A stretch of DNA of 64,000 nt from Minisyncoccota bacterium (GTDB lineage: Bacteria; Patescibacteriota; Minisyncoccia; Moranbacterales; GCA-2747515), in contig CALDDM010000020.1 of assembly GCA_937936355.1 (NCBI GenBank), forward strand, positions 7,767 through 71,766. The letters are read 5' to 3'. The translations under genes were made by a program, and so were the position numbers. This document shows, piece after piece, positions 17,739 through 26,786 of this stretch; position 1 is the first letter of the stretch; the number at the start of each line of letters is the position of its first letter. A model generated the notes under the pieces. That model searched no databases, was not told where the DNA came from, and saw only the letters and a program-made list of their open reading frames with translations.

Positions 17739-19751
17739 ATGCAATCTCCTCAAAAAATTGAAACAAAAGAAGATGTTTTGAAAGAAATTGAAGGTCTTGT
17801 GCATGGGCCTGGCTTTATCTACGCCATTTCTACTATGATAGTGTCAGATACATTTATATCAGTAGAAGATATTGTTGAAGTAGATTGGAAAAAAAGATTA
17901 GGATTTCAAGAGATCTCAATTTTTATTGGATTTATGATACGAGAAGAGGTTGATATGAAAAGAGTTGGTCCAGAGAAAATTCAGGAATTATCCGAAAGGA
18001 TAAAGGATTTAACCACAAGATTTCATGAGGCACACCTAAAACCATTTCGAGATATAGTGGCGGATAAAGTCAGTGGGACTAATTCTGATGGAGATACATC
18101 ATCTAGGAGCTCTAGTAGCGTAGAGATAAGTGGAGAACTCATGACTGAGCCTATGTTCTACGGAGACTCGGGAGCATATGATTTCCAATATGCCGAGTTG
18201 GCTACTAAAAGGTATAAGGAAGATGCGATATGGCTAATGAAAAAAAAGTCTCTGGATATGGATAGAGTAAAGTTAGCTGTTGAAAAAATAAAGAACTTGC
18301 AAGAGAAAAAGCGAGTAGACTTATTTTCAAAACCGGATGTATTTAATCTTGATGACTTGTGTCTAGAAGCACTTTGTTTTAAAAGAGAAGATTTGGCATT
18401 TTTAAGTGATGAAGAATTTGAGTCATTTATAGCCAGCTTTGGAACAGAATTGGATAGCAATAGTCAATTTAGAGGGTACGGCGACTACAATGTAATTGAC
18501 TCACATCCAATCATTATCTTGGGGGATGGTAGATACTATTTACCAGTAGCCTTTAATTTATTTCAGTCAATTTATGAGAGTCCATTCTATTGGATGAATG
18601 AAGATGAGCAGTACATTGATCAAGCTTCCGAGAATAGAGGTAGTGCAACCGAAAACATCGTATTAGAAATGTTGGAAAATACATTTGGCTCAGAAAAAGT
18701 GTATAGAAGTGTAAATATCAAGAAAGGAAGAAATGTTTATACAGAGATTGATGTTTTAGTCTTGCTTGGAGATAAGGCAGTCATCTTTCAGATTAAATCA
18801 AAAAAGTTGACTGAGTTGTCTAAGAAAGGTGACAATGACGCATTGGTTAATGATTTTAATGCTGCTATTCAGCAGGCATATAATCAAGGACTCAAGTCTC
18901 GTGAGGGTATTCTAAATCAAGATAAATTTACCTTGGAGGGTGCTGATGGTAGCACCATTGAGGTAGAAGACACGATTACAGATACCCATATCATCTGTGT
19001 GACATTAGATAATTATCCTGCAACACTACAACAAGTTCATAGTTATTTGCGTATAGAAGATGGAGATCCACATCCTCTTGTGATAAATGTATTTGACTTA
19101 GATCTTATTCTGTTCTATTTAGATGATCTTTATACTTTTCTCTATTATTTGAGACTGAGAGAAATGCATCACAAGTATTTTCGCGCGGAGTCCGAAATTT
19201 CTTTATTGGCATATCATTTGAGGCATAAATTATGGCCGCTTGAGGGGACGGATGTGGCATTTATTGATAATAAGTTTGCACAAATGATTGATGCGCACTT
19301 TCTTTGGAGAAGAGGTGGTGCTCCTAGGCCGGAGGGTGTTGAAACTCTATTTAATACTTGGGAAAATAACGATTTTCGATCGTTGATTTTACAAATAAAG
19401 GAAATAGGTCCAGAAAATGGCTGTAAAATTATCTTTACACTTCTTGATCTAGAAGGTAAAGGTGCAGACGATTTAATGGAAGGCATTAGGAAGACTAAAT
19501 TGAAAATAAAAGCAGATAAAAAAGTTCATGACTTTTCAGTTTCCATTGGCACTGGTGAAATTGGGTTAACATTCATGTCGCTACCAGACAAGTCTAAAGA
19601 GTCAATAGACACGTTTAATGCAATTTGTTTATCTAGGATGCATAAAGAGAGAGCTGATGAATGGATTGGACTAGCATCTTTTTATGAAAGTAAAAATGTT
19701 ATAGATATTCTTTTTTTCAGTGATGCGCCACTAATTGAAGATTTAAAGTAG
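17739..19751 (+). CDS. large protein with central NERD/PD-(D/E)xK-like nuclease motif
   Basis: 670 aa. GSATENIVLEMLENTFG...TEIDVLVLLGDKAVIFQIKSKK fits the D..(E/Q)xK nuclease fold pattern. Confidence 0.45.
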   Translation: MQSPQKIETKEDVLKEIEGLVHGPGFIYAISTMIVSDTFISVEDIVEVDWKKRLGFQEISIFIGFMIREEVDMKRVGPEKIQELSERIKDLTTRFHEAHLKPFRDIVADKVSGTNSDGDTSSRSSSSVEISGELMTEPMFYGDSGAYDFQYAELATKRYKEDAIWLMKKKSLDMDRVKLAVEKIKNLQEKKRVDLFSKPDVFNLDDLCLEALCFKREDLAFLSDEEFESFIASFGTELDSNSQFRGYGDYNVIDSHPIIILGDGRYYLPVAFNLFQSIYESPFYWMNEDEQYIDQASENRGSATENIVLEMLENTFGSEKVYRSVNIKKGRNVYTEIDVLVLLGDKAVIFQIKSKKLTELSKKGDNDALVNDFNAAIQQAYNQGLKSREGILNQDKFTLEGADGSTIEVEDTITDTHIICVTLDNYPATLQQVHSYLRIEDGDPHPLVINVFDLDLILFYLDDLYTFLYYLRLREMHHKYFRAESEISLLAYHLRHKLWPLEGTDVAFIDNKFAQMIDAHFLWRRGGAPRPEGVETLFNTWENNDFRSLILQIKEIGPENGCKIIFTLLDLEGKGADDLMEGIRKTKLKIKADKKVHDFSVSIGTGEIGLTFMSLPDKSKESIDTFNAICLSRMHKERADEWIGLASFYESKNVIDILFFSDAPLIEDLK

Positions 19752-19826
19752 ATTGCTAATGCCACATCAATGATTTAGCTTGTGGCGATATTGGGCTTGT
19801 ATAGAGTTTACATCTTACCTAAGCGG

Positions 19827-19858
19827 TTTTTTCGTGACTGGGAATAGGGTGTTGGAAC
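19827..19858 (-). repeat. M2-type arm (copy c), right end of element 1
   Basis: TTTTTTCGTGACTGGGAATAGGGTGTTGGAAC. The ATG of the next ORF (19859) abuts the core directly. Confidence 0.7.
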
Positions 19859-20209
19859 ATGTATACTAGAACTATGAATTACTGGGATACACTTCAAAAA
19901 CTAGTTGAGGACAGTGAAATCGTGATTGATCGTCCAAAAGGATCGGCGCACCCTCGCTATCCAGAATATATCTACCCATTTGATTACGGGGAATTGAAAG
20001 ACACCTCATCACAGGATGGGGCTGGCATTGATATTTGGGTTGGTTCTATTGGCGGGGAAGAAGTCGTCGGCATCATAAATGTAATTGATCCTGTTAAGAA
20101 AGATAGCGAAATCAAAATACTTCTCGGATGTACAAGTGAGGATATGGATGTTATCCTCGAATGTCACAATAGAGGTGAGATGAGTGGAATATTAATCACA
20201 AAGCAATAG
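19859..20209 (+). CDS. small inorganic-pyrophosphatase-like protein (tentative)
   Basis: 116 aa. The DRPKGSAHPRYPEYIYPFDYGEL..DGAGIDIWV pattern is recalled from short PPase-like proteins. Confidence 0.4.
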   Translation: MYTRTMNYWDTLQKLVEDSEIVIDRPKGSAHPRYPEYIYPFDYGELKDTSSQDGAGIDIWVGSIGGEEVVGIINVIDPVKKDSEIKILLGCTSEDMDVILECHNRGEMSGILITKQ

Positions 20210-20211
20210 AT

Positions 20212-20718
20212 ATGAATTATCAAAACTACATCAAGAAATTTGATCTTCCTAAAGACTTCAAAGCACCAACAAAGTTAGAGTATGAAGACCTTATCGCAAA
20301 GCCACTTACAAGGGATGATTTAAAAGAGGATCTCAATGCAGTAAATTCAAGCATGGAAATCATCAGGGAAACACGAGGTGGATCATGGCCAGAAGAAGAG
20401 TTGAGTGAAGATTTTAACCTACTTGATCTTGCTTGGCATGAGAGGGAGTTTAGAGACTCAGAATCATTTGCATATGTAGTCTACACGAGTGAGAATGTTT
20501 ATGTCGGATGCTTTTACATCTACCCAATGGGTGCAAGAACTACGCTGACAGAAAACTTGTTACAATTCGATGCTGATATTAGTTGGTGGGTTAGTGCAAG
20601 TGCTCATGAAAAGGGCTATTATGAAAAACTCTATAGTGCAATCAAAGGATGGGAATCAGAATTTCCATTTACAGAGATATACTATTCAAATGCTGATATA
20701 CCAATGCTAGAAGAATGA
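20212..20718 (+). CDS. GNAT-like acetyltransferase (tentative)
   Basis: 168 aa. Weak GNAT-like layout (FAYVVY..VGCFYIYP). Confidence 0.35.
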   Translation: MNYQNYIKKFDLPKDFKAPTKLEYEDLIAKPLTRDDLKEDLNAVNSSMEIIRETRGGSWPEEELSEDFNLLDLAWHEREFRDSESFAYVVYTSENVYVGCFYIYPMGARTTLTENLLQFDADISWWVSASAHEKGYYEKLYSAIKGWESEFPFTEIYYSNADIPMLEE

Positions 20719-20719
20719 T

Positions 20720-21175
20720 ATGTACAAGTCATCAATACATTTTGAAAGAACACCAGAAGAGCGAAGAGATCAAATGCTAGCGTGGAAAAGAAGTGATGAG
20801 GCATTTTTTGGTGCTGGAGCATGTCATATACTCGCCTATACGTTTAAGTGGCTTCATGAAGACAGAAACTATGACATCGTTTTCGTTAAGCCGAAAGAGC
20901 CATTTACACACGGAAATCATGTTTATGTAACTGATGGAGAGTGGGCATTTGATTTTAATGGATGGACAAGAGAAAAAGAATTGCTCGCAGAGGCAGAAAA
21001 GGCATATGGAGGGAAGTACCCAGGATGGAAATATGAGAGAATTATCTTGGAGTGTGACTTAGAAACGTTTTGTAAAGAAAACTATCATCGCCCTCCAGCA
21101 TACTACGCATATCTTCCATGGGAGAGGACATATGCATTTATAGAAAAATTTGAAGGTATGCCTCCAAAAAAATGA
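20720..21175 (+). CDS. hypothetical protein
   Basis: 151 aa, translationally coupled to both neighbours. Confidence 0.5.
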   Translation: MYKSSIHFERTPEERRDQMLAWKRSDEAFFGAGACHILAYTFKWLHEDRNYDIVFVKPKEPFTHGNHVYVTDGEWAFDFNGWTREKELLAEAEKAYGGKYPGWKYERIILECDLETFCKENYHRPPAYYAYLPWERTYAFIEKFEGMPPKK

Positions 21176-22065
21176 TAGATATGAAATCACAACGCACTAA
21201 GGGAGTAATCGCTCTCGCAATCTTGGCCTGGGTTTTTGCAACGATGGGAGTTTTTGCACGTTATCTCGGGACAGAATTTGAACTTTTTGAACAAACGTAT
21301 CTTCGTATTGGTTTGGCTTTTCTCATAGGCTCAGCTATCTTTTTTAAATTTATAAATTGGAAAAAATACTTTTCCATAAGTAAAAAAGATATCTATATAC
21401 TTGTCTTTCGTACTATATGCCTATATTTGGGCGTTGCACTTATCACCGAAGGACTGCTGAATACGAACTACGCAAATGCATCACTGATAGCTGTACTACC
21501 AATTATGCCTCTTATGGCATATTTTCTCTTGGGGGAAAGATTGCAACGGAAGACTGTGGGGTTTATCCTCTTTGGATTTTTTGGTGTGGCACTTCTTTCA
21601 CTTGATGGACTGAGCTTTTCTAGTTTTGGTTATGGGGAGTTAATGGCGTTTATCTCTCTCATCTTTTTTGATCTGAGCTATATCGCAAGGAAGTGGCACT
21701 CAGATTATCTCAATAATTACGAGACAGCAGTATTCATGTTCGGCATTGGTTCATTCTTTCTTTTTGCAACATCGATCATGCTCGGAGAGGGCTTGCCTAC
21801 TGGAAGTCAATTTCTTTCGTGGACGATATTCCTCGCTCTTCTTGGCGGAGCTGTATTTAACGTGATAAACCTGGTGCTCACAAATTATGGATTTCAACAT
21901 GTCAAAGCGTCGGTAGCTAGTAACATTCTTACGATTGAAGCAGTCTTTGCATTGGGATATGGACTTTTCTTGTTTAAAGAAATCCCAGTGTTCTATGAAA
22001 TTCTGGGTGGTATCATCATTCTGTGTAGCGTGTATTTTGTGAATAAGATTGAGAATAGTGCATAG
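21172..22065 (+). CDS. EamA/DMT-family transporter
   Basis: 297 aa, about 10 TM helices, duplicated EamA-like halves. Confidence 0.75.
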   Translation: MIDMKSQRTKGVIALAILAWVFATMGVFARYLGTEFELFEQTYLRIGLAFLIGSAIFFKFINWKKYFSISKKDIYILVFRTICLYLGVALITEGLLNTNYANASLIAVLPIMPLMAYFLLGERLQRKTVGFILFGFFGVALLSLDGLSFSSFGYGELMAFISLIFFDLSYIARKWHSDYLNNYETAVFMFGIGSFFLFATSIMLGEGLPTGSQFLSWTIFLALLGGAVFNVINLVLTNYGFQHVKASVASNILTIEAVFALGYGLFLFKEIPVFYEILGGIIILCSVYFVNKIENSA

Positions 22066-22271
22066 TTTGGTAGCTTGAATTAGATTTATAGTTACGGATA
22101 GTAAGAAGTTCTATGAAGTTGGATATTATCGTAACTAGTAATAGGACATCAAAATCTATTTAGAGTGTTTAGCACTACTTCTGTATATGGTTACAATTCT
22201 ATACTAAATTTATAATTTAGCTCATATGAGCATTGACTCTATATTTTTAATGCTCGGACTATAGGCAATAT

Positions 22272-24221
22272 ATGACAGATAAAAAAGTTAAGTTTTTCAA
22301 CATTGGTGACCTCTCCACAGGGTTTTATTTAGATAGAATAAAAGAGGTAATTGATTTGGAGCTTCCCAATCTAGATAGTGATATAAATACCATTCTTGAA
22401 TTGGTAAATATTATTAAGTTCATTGAAAATGGTATTTACGACAAGCAATGGTCAGAGAAATTCCGCAAAAAATCTGAAAATACAAAGTCTGATTATTACA
22501 AAATTGTCGGTATCTATTTTAGTAATTTATCCCCTAAAAATATACATGATAAATTGGTAAATCTTGATGATGAATATATTGAGGACTTTGTAGATCAATT
22601 CGAAAAATATGATTTAGGGTCAAAGATCCAAAAAGAAGACTTTGATAAGATTATTAAGGATTTGAATATACCCTATAAACAACTTGCAAAAACGAAGTAT
22701 CTAGCTCAAAAATATCCAGAGACAATGAAGAGTATTTTTCTATCAAATCCTGGGTATTTTCAAGTTTTTCTTGGAAATTTTACGTCGGATCGTGGTAATA
22801 AAATCCTAGTACCCGCCACAGTCTCAAAGGAGGAGATGTTAATTTTTTGTAATGAATACATTGATTCTGATGATGCAAATATTAATTACCTCAGAATACT
22901 TACTGAGCCAATAAAAGGTATTGAAGAACATTTGCATGTTGATGCAAAAACAAAACTGAAAGCTAAAAATAGAATTAATATACTCAGAAATGAGATGTTT
23001 AAAGATGGCATGGGTGGAACCACAGAAATAAATATGACAGTGACGACTTCAAGATCTGAGTATGACAAAGCCATTTCTGATAGAAATGATGGAGATGTAG
23101 TCGGCTTAGTTGATGAACAGTGGATTGACGATCATCATGATTTCCCAACATTATTGAATAACATTCAGAATCTATACGATCTTTTTTCATCTGATCTGAT
23201 ATCTCAGCTTCCAAGTTTCCCCAAGCAGGAAATGGGAGTTCTGGAAACACATTTGGTTGGAATTAATACAAATAATTCATACACAATAGGTCAATTCTTT
23301 ACAATTAAACAACAAATGGCCGTGGGGAAAATGTATGCTTTCTCAAGCTTTCTATCAAAGCATGGCATTAGGATCGAAGGTATAATCGATTGGTTTTTTA
23401 CAACTTATTCAAAGGAAGAGTTCGGTGTAGAGTGGCTACCCCTTCACATGCCTTCAAAAGATGAGTCTAAAGGCAATCAGACTGCTACTTTACTGAGGAT
23501 AGAAGAGCATGTCAGAACCCAATACAGCATTTTGGTATCTAATGGATCCATAAGTCGAGATCTGGTTGAGATGTCAAACACACCTTTTTTTAGAGAACTT
23601 CAGAGCCATGCTAAAAATAAGTATGTATACCTTATTGAATCAGATGATATGAGGACTATCGTGAATCTTTTATTTTCTGACCAATCCTCTATAGCTTACA
23701 TCAACGAAACATTTAAAGGCCAACACTTCGTTGATTTGATTGAAAATTGTGATGTAAAGTTATCAGATCTTCATGAATATCAAATCCCTAGAGTGGAATA
23801 TCTCATTAATGAAGGTTTCGTTAGTGAGGGAGGAGATGGTGTCCTTCGATTGGAAAAAAGACTAGAGATCAAATTGCTAAGCATTTTGTATACAGTTGGA
23901 GTCATTGGTTACAATCATATTCCAGACAATAATCGGCCAACCATAGATGCTATGGCAAAAAAGGGTATGGTTTCATTTGGTGCCACACTATACTCATTAC
24001 AAGAGCAAGACTATTTAAATTTTATACTGAACAACTCTGTTTTTGATAATAGCTGGGGATTAAGAAATAGCTATCAACATGGATTACCAAATTACGATGA
24101 TCCTAATCATTATGACTTTGACAATATGATAGTCATGCTTATTCTCCTAACGCATGTAGTAAAAATTAATGAGGAGCTTACTCTAAGAGAAGTCGCTTCT
24201 GATAATGAAGATGTAGATTAG
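22272..24221 (+). CDS. large hypothetical protein with C-terminal HEPN-like Rx4H motif
   Basis: 649 aa. WGLRNSYQHGLPN near the C-terminus matches the HEPN RNxxxH(G) signature. Confidence 0.4.
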   Translation: MTDKKVKFFNIGDLSTGFYLDRIKEVIDLELPNLDSDINTILELVNIIKFIENGIYDKQWSEKFRKKSENTKSDYYKIVGIYFSNLSPKNIHDKLVNLDDEYIEDFVDQFEKYDLGSKIQKEDFDKIIKDLNIPYKQLAKTKYLAQKYPETMKSIFLSNPGYFQVFLGNFTSDRGNKILVPATVSKEEMLIFCNEYIDSDDANINYLRILTEPIKGIEEHLHVDAKTKLKAKNRINILRNEMFKDGMGGTTEINMTVTTSRSEYDKAISDRNDGDVVGLVDEQWIDDHHDFPTLLNNIQNLYDLFSSDLISQLPSFPKQEMGVLETHLVGINTNNSYTIGQFFTIKQQMAVGKMYAFSSFLSKHGIRIEGIIDWFFTTYSKEEFGVEWLPLHMPSKDESKGNQTATLLRIEEHVRTQYSILVSNGSISRDLVEMSNTPFFRELQSHAKNKYVYLIESDDMRTIVNLLFSDQSSIAYINETFKGQHFVDLIENCDVKLSDLHEYQIPRVEYLINEGFVSEGGDGVLRLEKRLEIKLLSILYTVGVIGYNHIPDNNRPTIDAMAKKGMVSFGATLYSLQEQDYLNFILNNSVFDNSWGLRNSYQHGLPNYDDPNHYDFDNMIVMLILLTHVVKINEELTLREVASDNEDVD

Positions 24222-24234
24222 AGTACTTCAAAAT

Positions 24235-24855
24235 TTACCTTGCATACCTTGCTCTCCTTGAAAATTGGAGTAACTCCAGACTTCCTAGTAGAGTCGTTTT
24301 TAAGCGAATCGATCGACTTAGTTCATATCCGTGATCGTTTGCAAATGTGACCAATTCATCTCTTGTATAGAAATGATCGAAGTAGTAATCCTCAGGACAT
24401 CCAAACTTATTGATGAAATATCGGTGGATGGGATTTATTGTGAAGTAATCAACAATTATAAGATTTCCATTTGTGGCGAGTAGTCTAGCGCACTCCTTAA
24501 GGAATGTGCCAGGCTCATCAATATGATGTAGTGTGAGAGAACTTATAAGCACTTCAAACTTCCCAATCTCGAAGTTCGTATCTAGCACGCTTTGATTACT
24601 GAGGTTAATTCCAGAATCTTGCAGTGCAAAGCTTGCTTTCGACAAAGAATCTTCGGCAACATCAATGCCATACAAATTACTGTGACCATTTTCAAATAAT
24701 ATATTGAGTAGTTCACCTTCGCCACACGATGTATCAAGTAATTGCGTATCTTTGGGAATGTCTAGATTTGCATAAATGCTCCGAGCAATATTAGTACGAT
24801 ACTTTTTCGTATTGAGCAGTGATGATAGTATTCGCTTGAATGACTTTAAGAGCAT
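24235..24855 (-). CDS. class I SAM-dependent methyltransferase
   Basis: Motif I LLDTSCGEGELL, motif II-like LYGIDV, post-I acidic residues. Confidence 0.75.
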   Translation of the reverse strand: MLLKSFKRILSSLLNTKKYRTNIARSIYANLDIPKDTQLLDTSCGEGELLNILFENGHSNLYGIDVAEDSLSKASFALQDSGINLSNQSVLDTNFEIGKFEVLISSLTLHHIDEPGTFLKECARLLATNGNLIIVDYFTINPIHRYFINKFGCPEDYYFDHFYTRDELVTFANDHGYELSRSIRLKTTLLGSLELLQFSRRARYAR

Positions 24856-24907
24856 TGTATAAATGATATGTATTGCAGTCTTTGAATTTTAACACTATTG
24901 ATAAATC

Positions 24908-24936
24908 GGTTCCAACCTAGTCCCATTGCGGGAGCA
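24908..24936 (+). repeat. M1-type arm (copy b)
   Basis: One mismatch over 28 nt to the copy at 34317. Encodes the last codons (LLPQWD*) of the recombinase on the opposite strand. Confidence 0.75.
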
Positions 24937-26557
24937 AGTCAGGAAACACCTCATACGAAGGGGTGTTTTTTGCTTTTGTTAAGCGGTTTTCAGAGGTTCG
25001 AACGACTAATTTCTCGTCTTTGAGGATTTGTGATGCTATTTTTATCTCAGCAAGTGGTTTGTGTAGTTCTACACTGACTATTCCATCTTTTAGTGTGAGG
25101 TCCGAAGCGAAGCTACGGATAAGCTTCTTTATTGCACTGTCGTCTTGCGTTGTCTCGAACTTTCTCTTCGCAGTCTCTGCAACAGCAAGTCTTTCCTCGA
25201 CTTCATCGAGCCAGCTCGATACAGAGTTACTCGTGTTTTTCATGAGGCTATCAAGGTGCTCTTTCTGCTCTTCCAGTGGTTTACGTTTACGCTTCAAGTC
25301 ATCAGCAGAGATTGTGCCATCAGCACAGAGGTCAATCAAGTTATCAATCTTTGTTATACATTTATCGTACAAATTCCTTTGTTTCTTGATAACTTCTGTG
25401 CGTGAGGAAATCATATCAGCGTTTTCTTGCTTAATGATTCCAAGTGACCACTGCACAAAATCATCTGGTATTTCTATGGACGCTGTTTCTCTTGCGAGTT
25501 GCTTGTGTATGTCTTTGCCATGCACTACTCCTTGTGAGCAGATGGTCTTATTTGGGGCTGTGCAGTGATAATGGACATAGTGTCGGACTTTACCATTCTT
25601 TTGTTTTTTGTACCTGTTTTCGGCCGTCACAGTACGTCCACACTCACCACAGCTCATTACACCAGTAAATGGGAAGGAGTGTGTGACTCTTTTGTTTTTT
25701 TGCTTTCCTCCGAGAATGATTTGTATTTTGTTAAATTCATCCTTTGTAATCATTGGTACATGGGACCCTTTGTATGTTTGTCCTCCATAATCAAATTCTC
25801 CGTAGTAAAAAGGGTTGTGGAGCATGTTGTACCAGCATGAGCGTGAAATCTTTTTGCCATTGGACTTTCTTACGCCCCAATCATTTGTCGCAATCTCTAG
25901 GACCTGTTTTGCTGAGTGCGTACATTCTAGTACCTCATGAAACATCTTTTGTATGAGCGTAAAGTTTTCCTCATCAATCTCTATTGTCTTGTAGCCTTTG
26001 AGCTTGTCTGGTGTGTTTACATAGCCTGGGAGAGCTGGACCTGGGAGCCATCCTTGTTTAGCCTTTTTCTTCATGCCACGTTTTACATCCTTTCCTTTGT
26101 TATCATTCTCTAGCTTTGCTTGTGAGCAGTACAGAGAGAGTAAAAACTTATGATGTGGGTCATCATGAAATGTTTGAGATGGTGTCCTGACTTCATGAAG
26201 CAAGCCTCTGTCCATTAAGTCAATCACCATACCTGCATCTCCCGCATTCCTAGAGAGGCGGTTTATATCCCAGAGTAAAATGGCATTTGCTTCTCCGTCC
26301 TCAATCAATCGGAGCATTTCATTAAAACCCTTTCGTTGACCGCACCTCTTTGCAGAGTGTGATTCTTCAATGGGACCACTGGAAATGATAGTGAGATTCT
26401 CACCAATAATCATTTTTTCACCAGCATCTCTTTGTGAGTCAATGGATAGAGCTTGTTTGTCGTCTTGCTCGCTTGATTTGCGGTAGTAAGGGATGTAAAT
26501 GATTTTTATATCTTGCTTCATGGCTAAACTATTACGACATACTATATTGCTTGGCAT
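24917..26557 (-). CDS. large serine recombinase (paralog of 10179-11792)
   Basis: YYRKSSEQDDKQALSIDSQ, WDINRLSRN, CGECGR..YHCTAP zinc ribbon, coiled-coil tail. Alternative start ATG 26521. Confidence 0.9.
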   Translation of the reverse strand: MPSNIVCRNSLAMKQDIKIIYIPYYRKSSEQDDKQALSIDSQRDAGEKMIIGENLTIISSGPIEESHSAKRCGQRKGFNEMLRLIEDGEANAILLWDINRLSRNAGDAGMVIDLMDRGLLHEVRTPSQTFHDDPHHKFLLSLYCSQAKLENDNKGKDVKRGMKKKAKQGWLPGPALPGYVNTPDKLKGYKTIEIDEENFTLIQKMFHEVLECTHSAKQVLEIATNDWGVRKSNGKKISRSCWYNMLHNPFYYGEFDYGGQTYKGSHVPMITKDEFNKIQIILGGKQKNKRVTHSFPFTGVMSCGECGRTVTAENRYKKQKNGKVRHYVHYHCTAPNKTICSQGVVHGKDIHKQLARETASIEIPDDFVQWSLGIIKQENADMISSRTEVIKKQRNLYDKCITKIDNLIDLCADGTISADDLKRKRKPLEEQKEHLDSLMKNTSNSVSSWLDEVEERLAVAETAKRKFETTQDDSAIKKLIRSFASDLTLKDGIVSVELHKPLAEIKIASQILKDEKLVVRTSENRLTKAKNTPSYEVFPDLLPQWD

Positions 26558-26595
26558 CTCAGCACTTATTTTTTCTATTTTAGCACTTAATGAAC

Positions 26596-26748
26596 TTAGT
26601 GCTTTTTGACATCTTCACCATTTTTGACCACCTCACGAACATATCCAAGAACTTGCTCAGCGTACACTTTCGCTGTCTCATCATCAAGCATAACGCCTGT
26701 GCGCTTCTCGTAGAGCTTCTGGAATTGTTTAATATGGGTGAGTGTCAT
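26596..26748 (-). CDS. 50-aa protein conserved upstream of both recombinases (candidate directionality/accessory factor)
   Basis: Own translation MTLTHIKQFQKLYEKRTGVMLDDETAKVYAEQVLGYVREVVKNGEDVKKH. Positional and weak sequence match to 11915-12052. Confidence 0.4.
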   Translation of the reverse strand: MTLTHIKQFQKLYEKRTGVMLDDETAKVYAEQVLGYVREVVKNGEDVKKH

Positions 26749-26786
26749 TTTGTTTTATATGGTGCTGTAAGGCTCGCATGTAGTTT

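Larger units (their letters stand above)
10169..19858. mobile_element. integrated large-serine-recombinase element 1, possibly two tandem units joined near 16.6 kb
   Basis: Left end is the tRNA-Asn T-loop plus 3' end (GGTTCGAATCCTATTCGCGGAGCA). Right end is TTTTTTCGTGACTGGGAATAGGGTGTTGGAAC (19827-19858). Cognate inverted 7-mers CCTATTC and GAATAGG. Recombinase gene abuts the left end. Confidence 0.6.

Noticed and set aside
16791-19751. I looked for a RelA/SpoT-type synthetase (toxSAS) partner for the alarmone hydrolase.
   Set aside because: No synthetase motifs were recognisable in the neighbouring 670-aa or 139-aa proteins, so no toxin-antitoxin call is made.
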